From Eledone cirrhosa (Eukaryota), in the NCBI GenBank assembly GCA_964016885.1, contig OZ024740.1:3348001-3412000 (forward strand): a DNA stretch of 64,000 nt, written 5' to 3'. Position 1 is the first letter of the stretch. Every line of letters starts with the position of its first letter. The notes under the pieces were generated by a model. The model saw only the letters and a list, made by a program, of their open reading frames with translations. It was not told the origin of the DNA and ran no database searches. Both the position numbers and the translations under genes were made by a program. Below are positions 9,591-24,500 of the stretch, in pieces.

Positions 9591-12500
9591 TCACCAGTGC
9601 AACCCACTACTCCACTCATCACCAGTGCTACCCACTACTCCACTCATCACCAGTGCTACCCACTACTCCACTCATCATCACTGTACCCACTACTCCACTC
9701 ACCCCCAGTGCTACCCACTACTCCACTCAACCCCAGTGCTACCCACTACTCCACTCACCCCCAGTGCTACCCACTACTCCACTCATCACCAGTGCTACCC
9801 ACTACTCCACTCATCACCACTGCCACCCACTACTCCACTCATCACCAGTGCTACCCACTACTCCACTCATCACCAGGGCTACCCACTACTCCACTCACCC
9901 CCAGTGCTACCCACTACTCCACTCATCACCACTGCTACCCACTACTCCACTCATCACCAGTGCTACCCACTACTCCACTCATCACCACTGCTACCCACTA
10001 CTCCACTCATCCCCAGTGCTACCCACTACTCCACTCATCACCAGTGCTAACTACTACTCCACTCACCCCCAGTGCTACCCACTACTCCACTCATCAACAT
10101 TGCTACCCACTACTCCACTCATCACCACTACCTACCCACTACTCCACTCATCACCAGTGCTACCCACTACTCCAATAATCACCACTGCTACCCACTACTC
10201 CACTCATCCCCAGTGCTACCCACTACTCCACTCATCACCACTGCTACCCACTACTCCACTCATCACCAGTGCCACCCACTACTCCACTCGTCATCCCTAG
10301 TGCTACCCACTACTCCACTCATCATCACTGCAACCCACTACTCCACTCATCACCAGTGCAACCCACTACTCCACTCATCACCAGTGCTAACAACTACTCC
10401 ACTCATCCCCAGTGCTACCCACTACTCCACTCATCACCAGTGCTGCCCACTACTCCACTCACCCCCAGTGCTACCCACTACTCCACTCATCACCACTGCT
10501 ACCCACTACTCCACTCGTCATCAATGCTACCCACTACTCCACTCACCACCAGTGCTACCCACTACTCCACTCATCAACACTGCTACCCACTACTCCACTC
10601 ATCAACACTGCTACCCACTACTCCACTCATCACCACTGCTACCCACTACTCCACTCAACCCCAGTGCTACCCACTACTCCACTCAACCCCAGTGCTACCC
10701 ACTACTCCACTCATCACCAGTGCTACCCACAACTCCACTCATCATCACTGTACCCACTACTCCACTCATCACCAGTGCTACCCACTACTCCACTCATCAC
10801 CAGTGCTACCCACTACTCCACTCATCACCACTGCCACCCACTACTCCACTCATCATCACTGATACCCACTACTCCACTCATCATCAGTGCTACCCGCTAC
10901 TCCACTCATCACCAGTGCTACCCACTACTCCACTCATCATCACAGCTACCCACTACTCCACTCATCATCACTGTACCCACTACTCCACTCATCATCACTG
11001 CAACCCACTACTCCACTCATCACCAGTGCAACCCACTACTCCACTCATCACCAGTGCTAACAACTACTCCACTCAACCCCAGTGCTACCCACTACTCCAC
11101 TCATCACCACTGCTACCCACTACTCCACTCATCACCAGTGCTACCCACTACTCCACTCATCACCACTGCCACCCACTACTCCACTCATCACCACTGCTAC
11201 CCACTACTCCACTCATCACCAGTGCTAACCACTTCTCCACTCATCACCACTGTACCCACTACTCCACTCATAACCAGTGCCACCCACTACTCCACTCACC
11301 CCCAGTGCTACCCACTACTCCACTCATCACCACCGCTACCCACTACTCCACTCATCACCAGTGCTACCCACTACTCCACTCACCCCCAGTGCTACCCACT
11401 ACTCCACTCATCACCACCGCTACCCACTACTCCACTCATCACCAGTGCCACCCACTACTCCACTCACCCCCAGTGCTACCCACTACTCCACTCATCACCA
11501 CTGCTACCCACTACTCCACTCATCATCACTGTACCCACTACTCCACTCACCCCAAGTGCTACCCACTACTCCACTCACCCCCAGTGCTACCCACTACTCC
11601 ACTCATCATCACTGTACCCACTACTCCACTCATCCCCAGTGCTACCCACTACTCCACTCATCACCACTGTACCCACTACTCCACTCATTCCCAGTGCTAC
11701 CCACTACTCCACTCATCATCACTGCTACCCACTACTCCACTCATCACCACTGCTACCCACTACTCCACTCATCATCTGTGCTACCCACTACTCCACTCAT
11801 CACCACTGTACCCACTACTCCACTCATTCCCAGTGCTACCCACTACTCCACTCATCATCACTACTACCCACTACTCCACTCATCACCACTGCTACCCACT
11901 ACTCCACTCATCCCCAGTGCTACCCACTACTCCACTCATCCCCAGTGCTACCCACTACTCCACTCATCATCACTGCTACCCACTACTCCACTCATCACCA
12001 CTGCTACCCACTACTCCACTCATCCCCAGTGCTACCCACTACTCCACTCATCACCACTGTACCCACTACTCCACTCATCACCACTGCTACCCACTACTCC
12101 ACTCATCCCCAGTGCTACCCACTACTCCACTCATCCCCAGTGCTACCCACTACTCCACTCATCATCACTGCTACCCACTACTCCACTCATCACCACTGCT
12201 ACCCACTACTCCACTCATCCCCAGTGCTACCCACTACTCCACTCATCCCCAGTGCTACCCACTACTCCACTCATCATCACTGCTACCCACTACTCCACTC
12301 ACCACCACTGCTAGCCACTACTCCACTCATCCCCAGTGCTACCCACCACTCCACTCATCATCAGTGCTACACACTACCCCACTCATCATCACTGCTACCC
12401 ACTACTCCACTCATCACCAGTGCTACCCACCACTCCACTCATCCCCAGTGCTACCCACTACTCCACTCATCATCACTGCTACCCACTACTCCACTCATCA

Positions 12501-15500
12501 CCACTGCTACCCACTACTCCACTCATCACCACTGTACCCACTACTCCACTCATCACCAGTGCTACCCACTACTCCACTCATCATCACTGCTACCCACTAC
12601 TCCACTCATCACCAGTGCTACCCACTACTCCACTCATCACCACTGTACCCACTACTCCACTCATCACCAGTGCTACCCACTACTCCACTCATCATCACTG
12701 TACCCACTATTCCACCCATCACCAGTGCTACCCACTACTCCACTCATCACCACTGCTACCCACTACTCCACTCATCACCACTGCTACCCACTACTCCACT
12801 CATCATCAGTGCTACCCACTACTCCACTCATCATCACTGTACCCACTATTCCACTCATCACCAGTGCTACCCACTACTCCACTCATCACCACTGCTACCC
12901 ACTACTCCACTCATCACCACTGCTACCCACTACTCCACTCATCATCAGTGCTACCCACTACTCCACTCATCCCCAGTGCTACCCACTACTCCACCCATCA
13001 CCAGTGCTACCCACTACTCCACTCATCATCACTGATACCCACAACTCCACTCATCATCAGTGCTATCCACTACTCCACTCATCACCAGTGCTACCCACTA
13101 CTCCACTCATCACCAGTGCTACCCACTACTCCACTCATCCCCAGTGCTACCCACTACTCCACTCATCATCACTGTACCCACTACTCCACTCATCCCCAGT
13201 GCTACCCACTACTCCACTCATCATCAGTGCTACACACTACCCCACTCATCATCACTGTACCCACTACTCCACTCATCACCACTGCTACCCACTACTCCAC
13301 TCATCACCAGTGCTACCCACTACCCCACTCATCACCAGTGCTACTCACTACTCCACTCATCATCAGTGCTACCCACTACTCCACTCATCCCCAGTGCTAC
13401 CCACTACTCCAGCCATCACCAGTGCTACCCACTACTCCACTCATCATCACTGATACCCACAACTCCACTCATCATCAGTGCTATCCACTACTCCACTCAT
13501 CACCAGTGCTACCCACTACTCCACTCATCACCACTGCTACCCACAACTCCACACATCACCAGTGCTACCCACTACCCCACTCATCACCAGTGCTATCCAC
13601 TACTCCACTCATCACCAGTGCTACCCACTACTCCACTCATCACCAGTGCAACCCACTACTCCACTCATCACCAGTGCTACCCACTACTCCACTCATCACC
13701 AGTGCTACCCACTACTCCACTCATCACCAGTGCTAGCCACTACTCCACTCATCACCACTGCCACCCACTACTCCACTCATCACCAGTGCTACCCACTACT
13801 CCACTCATCACCATTGCTACCCACTACTCCACTCATCACCACTGCCACCCACTACTCCACTCATCACCAGTGCTACCCACTACTCCACTCATCACCAGTG
13901 CTACCCACTACTCCACTCATCACCAGTGCTACCCACTACTCTACTCATCACCAGTGCTACCCACTACTCCACTCATCCCCAGTGCTACCTACTACTCCAC
14001 TCATCACCAGTGCTACCCACTACTCCACTCATCATCAGTGTTACCCACTACTCCACTCATCCCCAGAGCTACCCACTACTCCACTCATCATCACTGCTAC
14101 CCACTACTCCACTCATCATCAGTGTTTCCCACTACTCCAGTCATCCCTAGTAATACCCACTACTCCACTCATCACCAGTGCTACCCACTACTCCACTCAT
14201 CCCCAGTGCTCCCCACAACTCCACTCATCATCCGTGCTACCCACTACTCCACTCATCATCACTGCAACACACTACTCCACTCATCACCAGTGCTACCCAC
14301 TACCCCACTCATCACCAGTGCTACTCACTACTCCACTCATCACCAGTGCAACCCACTACTCCACTCATCCCCAGTGCTACCCACTACTCCACTCATCACC
14401 ATTGCTACACACTACTCCACTCAACCCCAGTGCTACCCACTAAACCACTCATCACCAGTGCTACCCACTACTCCACTCATCACCATTGCTACACACTACT
14501 CCACTCAACCCCAGTGCTACCACTACTCCACCCATCACCACTGCTACCCACTACTCCACTCATCACCAGTGCTACCCACTACTCCACTCATCACCACTGC
14601 CACACACTACTCCACTCAACCCCAGTGCTACCCACTACTCCACCCATCACCACTGCTACCCACTACTCCACTCATCACCAGTGCTACACACTACTCCACT
14701 CATCACCACTGCTACCCACTACTCCACTCATCACCACTGCCACACACTACTCCACTCAACCCCAGTGCTACCCACTATTCCACTCATCACCAGTGCAACC
14801 CACTACTCCACTCATCCCCAGTGCTTCACACTACTCCACTCATCACCACTGCTACCCACTACTCCACTCATCATCAGTGCTACCCACTATTCCACTCATC
14901 ACCAGTGCTACCCACTACTCCACTCATCATCACTGCTACCCACACCTCCACTCATCATCAGTGCTACCCGCTACTCCACTCATCACCAGTGCTACACACT
15001 ACTCCACTCATCACCACTGCAACCCACAACTCCACTCATCACCACTGCTACCCACTACTCCACTCATCACCACTGCTACCCACTACTCCACTCATCACCA
15101 GTGCTACCCACTACTCCACTCATCATCACTGTACCCACTATTCCACTCATCACCAGTGCTACCCACTACTCCACTCATCACCACTGCTACCCACTACTCC
15201 ACTCATCACCACTGCTACCCACTACTCCACTCATCATCAGTGCTACCCACTACTCCACTCATCCCCAGTGCTACCCACTACTCCACCCATCACCAGTGCT
15301 ACCCACTACTCCACTCATCATCACTGATACCCACAACTCCACTCATCATCAGTGCTATCCACTACTCCACTCATCACCAGTGCTACCCACTACTCCACTC
15401 ATCACCAGTGCTACCCACTACTCCACTCATCCCCAGTGCTACCCACTACTCCACTCATCATCAGTGCTACACACTACCCCACTCATCATCACTGTACCCA

Positions 15501-18500
15501 CTACTCCACTCATCACCAGTGCTACCCACTACTCCACTCATCACCACTGCTACCCACTACTCCACTCATCACCAGTGCTACCCACTACCCCACTCATCAC
15601 CAGTGCTACTCACTACTCCACTCATCATCAGTGCTACCCACTACTCCACTCATCCCCAGTGCTACCCACTACTCCAGCCATCACCAGTGCTACCCACTAC
15701 TCCACTCATCATCACTGATACCCACAACTCCACTCATCATCAGTGCTACCCACTACTCCACTCATCACCACTGCTACCCACAACTCCACACATCACCAGT
15801 GCTACCCACTACCCCACTCATCACCAGTGCTATCCACTACTCCACTCATCACCAGTGCTACCCACTACTCCACTCATCACCAGTGCAACCCACTACTCCA
15901 CTCATCACCAGTGCTACCCACTACTCCACTCATCACCAGTGCTACCCACTACTCCACTCATCACCAGTGCTAGCCACTACTCCACTCATCACCACTGCCA
16001 CCCACTACTCCACTCATCACCAGTGCTACCCACTACTCCACTCATCACCATTGCTACCCACTACTCCACTCATCACCACTGCCACCCACTACTCCACTCA
16101 TCACCAGTGCTACCCACTACTCCACTCATCACCAGTGCTACCCACTACTCCACTCATCACCAGTGCTACCCACTACTCTACTCATCACCAGTGCTACCCA
16201 CTACTCCACTCATCCCCAGTGCTACCTACTACTCCACTCATCACCAGTGCTACCCACTACTCCACTCATCATCAGTGTTACCCACTACTCCACTCATCCC
16301 CAGAGCTACCCACTACTCCACTCATCATCACTGCTACCCACTACTCCACTCATCATCAGTGTTTCCCACTACTCCAGTCATCCCTAGTAATACCCACTAC
16401 TCCACTCATCACCAGTGCTACCCACTACTCCACTCATCCCCAGTGCTCCCCACAACTCCACTCATCATCCGTGCTACCCACTACTCCACTCATCATCACT
16501 GCAATACACTACTCCACTCATCACCAGTGCTACCCACTACCCCACTCATCACCAGTGCTACTCACTACTCCACTCATCACCAGTGCAACCCACTACTCCA
16601 CTCATCCCCAGTGCTACCCACTACTCCACTCATCACCATTGCTACACACTACTCCACTCAACCCCAGTGCTACCCACTAAACCACTCATCACCAGTGCTA
16701 CCCACTACTCCACTCATCACCATTGCTACACACTACTCCACTCAACCCCAGTGCTACCACTACTCCACCCATCACCACTGCTACCCACTACTCCACTCAT
16801 CACCAGTGCTACCCACTACTCCACTCATCACCACTGCCACACACTACTCCACTCAACCCCAGTGCTACCCACTACTCCACTCATCACCAGTGCTACCCAC
16901 TACTCCACTCATCACCAGTGCTACACACTACTCCACTCATCACCACTGCTACCCACTACTCCACTCATCACCACTGCCACACACTACTCCACTCAACCCC
17001 AGTGCTACCCACTATTCCACTCATCACCAGTGCAACCCACTACTCCACTCATCCCCAGTGCTTCACACTACTCCACTCATCACCACTGCTACCCACTACT
17101 CCACTCATCATCAGTGCTACCCACTATTCCACTCATCACCAGTGCTACCCACTACTCCACTCATCATCACTGCTACCCACACCTCCACTCATCATCAGTG
17201 CTACCCGCTACTCCACTCATCACCAGTGCTACACACTACTCCACTCATCATCACTGCCACCCACTACTCCACTCATCATCACTGTACCCACTACTCCACT
17301 CAACCCCAGTGCTACCCACGCCTCCACTCATCACCACTGCTACATACTACTCCACTCATCCCCAGTGCTACCCACTACTCCACTCATCCCCAGTGCTAAC
17401 CAATACTCCACTCATCCCCAGTGCTACCCACTACTCCACTCATCACCAGTGCTACCCACTACTCCACTCATCACCAGTGCTACACACTACTCCACTCATC
17501 ATCACTGCTACCCACTACTCCACTCATCACCAGTGCTACCCACTACTCCACTCATCACCACTGCTACCCACTACTCCACTCATCACCACTGCAACCCACT
17601 ACTCCACTCATCACCACTGCTACCCACTACTCCACTCATCACCAGTGCTACCCACTACTCCACTCATCACCACTGCAACCCACTACTCCACTCATCACCA
17701 GTGCTACCCACTACTCCACTCATCACCAGTGCTACCCACTACTCCACTCATCACCACTGCTACCCACTACTCCACTCATCACCACTGCAACCCACTACTC
17801 CACTCATCACCAGTGCTACCCACTACTCCACTCATCACCACTGCAACCCACTACTCCACTCATCACCACTGCTACCCACTACTCCACTCATCACCAGTGC
17901 TACCCACTACTCCACTCATCACCACTGCTACCCACTACTCCACTCATCACCACTGCAACCCACTACTCCACTCATCACCACTGCAACCCACTACTCCACT
18001 CATCACCAGTGCTACCCACTACTCCACTCATCACCACTGCTACCCACTACTCCACTCATCACCACTGCAACCCACTACTCCACTCATCATCACTGCTACC
18101 CACTACTCCACTCATCATCAATGCTACCCACTACTCCACTCATCCCTAGTGCAACCCATTACTCCACTCATCACCAGTGCTACCCACTACTCCACTCATC
18201 ATCAGTGCTACCCACCACTCCACTCATCCCCAGTGCTACCCACTACTCCACTCATCACCACTGCTACCCACTACTCCACTCATCACCAGTGCTACTCACT
18301 ACTCCACTCATCACCAGTGCTACTCACTACTCCACTCAACCCCAGTGCTACCCACTACTCCACTCATCACCACTGCCACCCACTACTCCACTCATCACCA
18401 GTGCTAACCACTACTCCACTCATCACCACTGCCACCCACTACTCCACTCATCACCACTGCCACCCACTACTCCACTCATCACCACTGCCACCCACTACTC

Positions 18501-21500
18501 CACTCATCACCAGTGCTACCCACTACTCCACTCATCACCACTGCCACCCACTACTCCACTCATCACCAGTGCTACCCACTACTCCACTCATCACCACTGC
18601 CACCCACTACTCCACTCATCACCAGTGCTACCCACTACTCCACTCATCACCACTGCCATCCACTACTCCACTCATCACCAGTGCTACCCACTACTCCACT
18701 CATCACCACTGCCACCCACTACTCCACTCATCACCAGTGCTACCCACTACTCCACTCATCACCACTGCCACCCACTACTCCACTCATCACCAGTGCTACC
18801 CACTACTCCACTCATCACCACTGCCACCCACTACTCCACTCATCACCAGTGCTACCCACTACTCCACTCATCACCACTGCCATCCACTACTCCACTCATC
18901 ACCAGTGCTACACACTACTCCACTCATCACCACTGCTACCCACTACTCAACTCATCACCAGTGCTACCCACTACTCCACTCATCACCAGTGCTACCCACT
19001 ACTCCACTCATCACCACTGCAACCCACAACTCCACTCATCACCACTGCTACCCACTACTCCACTCATCACCACTGCTACCCACTACTCCACTCATCACCA
19101 CTGCCACCCACTACTCCACTCATCACCAGTGCTACCCACTACTCCACTCATCACCACTGCCATCCACTACTCCACTCATCACCAGTGCTACACACTACTC
19201 CACTCATCACCACTGCTACCCACTACTCAACTCATCACCAGTGCTACCCACAACTCCACTCATCATCAGTGCTACCCACTACTCCACTCATCCCCAGTGC
19301 TACCCAATACTCCACCCATCACCAGTGCTACCCACTACTCCACTCATTCCCAGTGCTACCCACTACTCCACTCATCACCACTACCTACCCACTACTCCAC
19401 TCAACCCCAGTGCTACCCACTATTCCACTCATCACCAGTGCCACCCACTACTCCACTCATCACCAGTGCTACCCACTACTCCACTCATCACCATTGCTAC
19501 CCACTACTCCACTCATCACCACTGCCACCCACTACTCCACTCATCACCACTGCCACCCACTACTCCACTCATCATCACTGCTACCCACTACTCCACTCAT
19601 CATAACTGCACCCACTACTCCACTCATCACCAGTGCTACCCACTACTCCACTCATCACCACTGCCACCCACTACTCCACTCATCACCAGTGCTACCCACT
19701 ACTCCACTCATCACCACTGCCACCCACTACTCCACTCATCACCACTGCCACCCACTACTCCACTCATCACCACTGCCACCCACTACTCCACTCATCACCA
19801 GTGCTACCCACTACTCCACTCATCACCAGTGCCACCCACTACTCCACTCATCATCACTGCTACCCACTACTCCACTCATCATAACTGCACCCACTACTCC
19901 ACTCATCACCAGTGCTACCCACTACTCCACTCATCACCACTGCCACCCACTACTCCACTCATCACCAGTGCTACCCACTACTCCACTCATCACCACTGCC
20001 ACCCACTACTCCACTCATCATCACTGCTACCCACTACTCCACTCATCATAACTGCACCCACTACTCCACTCATCACCAGTGCTACCCACTACTCCACTCA
20101 TCACCACTGCCACCCACTACTCCACTCATCACCAGTGCTACCCACTACTCCACTCATCACCACTGCCACCCACTACTCCACTCATCACCAGTGCTACCCA
20201 CTACTCCACTCATCATCACTGCTACCCACTACTCCACTCATCATAACTGCACCCACTACTCCACTCATCACCAGTGCTACCCACTACTCCACTCATCACC
20301 ACTGCCACCCACTACTCCACTCATCACCAGTGCTACCCACTACTCCACTCATCACCACTGCCACCCACTACTCCACTCATCCCCAGAGCTACCCACTACT
20401 CCACTCATCATCACTGCTACCCACTACTCCACTCATCATCAGTGTTTCCCACTACTCCAGTCATCCCTAGTGCTACCCACTACTCCACTCATCACCAGTG
20501 CTACCCACTACTCCACTCATCCCCAGTGCTCCCCACAACTCCACTCATCATCCGTGCTACCCACTACTCCACTCATCATCACTGCAACACACTACTCCAC
20601 TCATCACCAGTGCTACCCACTACCCCACTCATCACCAGTGCTACTCACTACTCCACTCATCACCAGTGCAACCCACTACTCCACTCATCCCCAGTGCTAC
20701 CCACTACTCCACTCATCACCATTGCTACACACTACTCCACTCAACCCCAGTGCTACCCACTAAACCACTCATCACCAGTGCTACCCACTATTCCACTCAT
20801 CACCATTGCTACACACTACTCCACTCAACCCCAGTGCTACCCACTACTCCACCCATCACCACTGCTACCCACTACTCCACTCATCACCAGTGCTACCCAC
20901 TACTCCACCCATCACCAGTGCAACCCACTACTCCACTCATCCCCAGTGCTTCACACTACTCCACTCATCACCACTGCTACCCACTACTCCACTCATCATC
21001 AGTGCTACCCACTATTCCACTCATCACCAGTGCTACCCACTACTCCACTCATCATCACTGCTACCCACACCTCCACTCATCATCAGTGCTACCCGCTACT
21101 CCACTCATCACCAGTGCTACACACTACTCCACTCATCATCACTGCCACCCACTACTCCACTCATCATCACTGTACCCACTACTCCACTCAACCCCAGTGC
21201 TACCCACGCCTCCACTCACCACCACTGCTACACACTACTCCTCTCATCCCCAGTGCTACCCACTACTCCACTCATCCCCAGTGCTAACCAATACTCCACT
21301 CATCCCCAGTGCTACCCACTACTCCACTCATCACCAGTGCTACCCACTACTCCACTCATCCCCAGTGCTTCACACTACTCCACTCATCACCACTGCTACC
21401 CACTACTCCACTCATCACCACTGCCACCCACTAGTCCACTCATCACCAGTGCTACACACTACTCCACTCATCATCACTGCTACCCACTACTCCACTCATC

Positions 21501-24500
21501 ACCAGTGCTACCCACTACTCCACTCATCACCACTGCTACCCACTACTCCACTCATCACCAGTGCTACCCACTACTCCACTCATCACCACTGCTACCCACT
21601 ACTCCACTCATCACCACTGCAACCCACTACTTCACTCATCACCAGTGCTACCCACTACTCCACTCATCACCAGTGCTACCCACTACTCCACTCATCACCA
21701 CTGCTACCCACTACTCCACTCATCACCACTGCAACCCACTACTCCACTCATCATCACTGCTACCCACTACTCCACTCATCATCAATGCTACCCACTACTC
21801 CACTCATCCCTAGTGCAACCCATTACTCCACTCATCACCAGTGCTACCCACTACTCCACTCATCATCAGTGCTACCCACCACTCCACTCATCCCCAGTGC
21901 TACCCACTACTCCACTCATCATCACTGCAACCCACTACTCCACTCATCACCACTGCTACCCACTACTCCACTCATCACCAGTGCTACTCACTACTCCACT
22001 CATCACCAGTGCTACCCACGACTCCACTCATCCCCAGTGCTACCCACTACTCCACTCATCACCATTGCTACACACTACTCCACTCATCATCACTGCTACC
22101 CACTACTCCACTCATCACCAGTGCTACACACTACTCCACTCATCACCATTGCTACACACTACTCCACTCAACCCCAGTGCTACCCACTACTCCACTCATC
22201 ATCACTGCTACCCACTACTCCACTCATCATAACTGCACCCACTACTCCACTCATCACCAGTGCTACCCACTACTCCACTCATCACCACTGCCACCCACTA
22301 CTCCACTCATCACCAGTGCTAACCACTACTCCACTCATCACCACTGCCACCCACTACTCCACTCATCACCAGTGCTACCCACTACTCCACTCATCACCAC
22401 TGCCATCCACTACTCCACTCATCACCACTGCTACCCACTACCCCACTCATCCCTAGTGCAACCCATTACTCCACTCATCACCAGTGCTACCCACTACTCC
22501 ACTCATCATCAGTGCTACCCACCACTCCACTCATCCCTAGTGCAACCCATTACTCCACTCATCACCAGTGCTACCCACTACTCCACTCATCATCAGTGCA
22601 ACCCACAACTCCACTCATCATAACTGCTACCCACTACTCCACTCATCACCACTGCCACCCACTACTCCACTCATCACCACTGCCACCCACTACTCCACTC
22701 ATCACCACTGCTACCCACTACCCCACTCATCCCTAGTGCAACCCATTACTCCACTCATCACCAGTGCTTCCCACAACTCCACTCATCATCAGTGCTACCC
22801 ACTACTCCACTCATCCCCAGTGCTACCCAATACTCCACCCATCACCAGTGCTACCCACTACTCCACTCATTCCCAGTGCTACCCACTACTCCACTCATCC
22901 ACAGTGCTACCCAATACTCCACCCATCACCAGTGCTACCCACTACTCCACTCATTCCCAGTGCTACCCACTACTCCACTCATCCACAGTGCTACCCAATA
23001 CTCCACCCATCACCAGTGCTACCCACTACTCCACTCATCATCAATGATACCCACTACTCCACTCATCACCAGTGCTACCCACTACTCCACTCATCACCAC
23101 TGCCACCCACTACTCTACTCATCACCAGTGCTACCCACTACTCCACTCATCACCAGTGCTACCCACTACTCCACTCATCACCAGTGCTACCCACTACTCC
23201 ACTCATCACCAGTGCTACCCACTACTCCACTCATCATCACAGCTACCCACTATTCCACTCATCATCACTGCTACCCACTACTCCACTCATCACCAGTGCT
23301 ACCCACTACTCCACTCATCATAACTGCTACCCACTACTCCACTCATAACCACTGCCACCCACTACTCCACTCATCACCAGTGCTACCCACTACTCCACTC
23401 ATCACCACTGCCATCCACTACTCCACTCATCACCAGTGCTACACACTACTCCACTCATCACCACTGCTACCCACTACTCAACTCATCACCAGTGCTACCC
23501 ACTACTCCACTCATCACCAGTGCTACCCACTACTCCACTCATCACCACTGCAAGCCACTACTCCACTCATCACCAGTGCTACCCACTACTCCACTCATCA
23601 CCAGTGCTACCCACTACTCCACTCATCACCACTGCAACCCACTACTCCACTCATCACCAGTGCTACCCACTACTCCACTCATGACCACTGCCACCCACTA
23701 CTCCACTCATCATCCGTGCTACCCACTACTCCACTCATCCCCAGTGCTACCCACTACTCCACTCATCACCAGTGCTACCCACTACTCCACTCATCATCAG
23801 TGCAACCCACAACTCCACTCATCATAACTGCTACCCACTACTCCACTCATAACCACTGCCACCCACTACTCCACTCATCATCAGTGCTACCCACTACTCC
23901 ACTCATCACCAGTGCTACCCACTACTCCACTCATCACCACTGCTACTCACTACTCCACTCATCACCACTGCAACCCACTACTCCACTCATCATCACTGCT
24001 ACCCACTACTCCACTCATCATCACTGCTACCCACTACTCCACCCATCACCAGTGCTACCCACTACTCCACTCATCCCCAGTGCTACCCACTACTCCACTC
24101 ATCACCAGTGCTACCCACTACTCCACTCATCCCCAGTGCTACCCACTACTCCACTCATCACCATTGCTACCCACCACTCCACTCATCCCCAGTGCTACCC
24201 ACTACTCCACTCATCACCACTGCCACCCACTACTCCACTCATCACCACTGCCACCCACTACTCCACTCATCACCACTGCCACCCACTACTCCACTCATCA
24301 CCACTGCCACCCACTACTCCACTCATCACCACTGCCACCCACTACTCCACTCATCACCACTGCCACCCACTACTCCACTCATCATCACTGCTACCCACTA
24401 CTCCGCTCATCATAACTGCACCCACTACTCCACTCATCACCAGTGCTACCCACTACTCCACTCATCACCACTGCCACCCACTACTCCACTCATCACCAGT

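Noticed and set aside
7478-9594. Gly/Trp/Cys-rich ORFs (GGWCLVG)n
   Set aside because: Translation of satellite A with no non-repetitive coding context.
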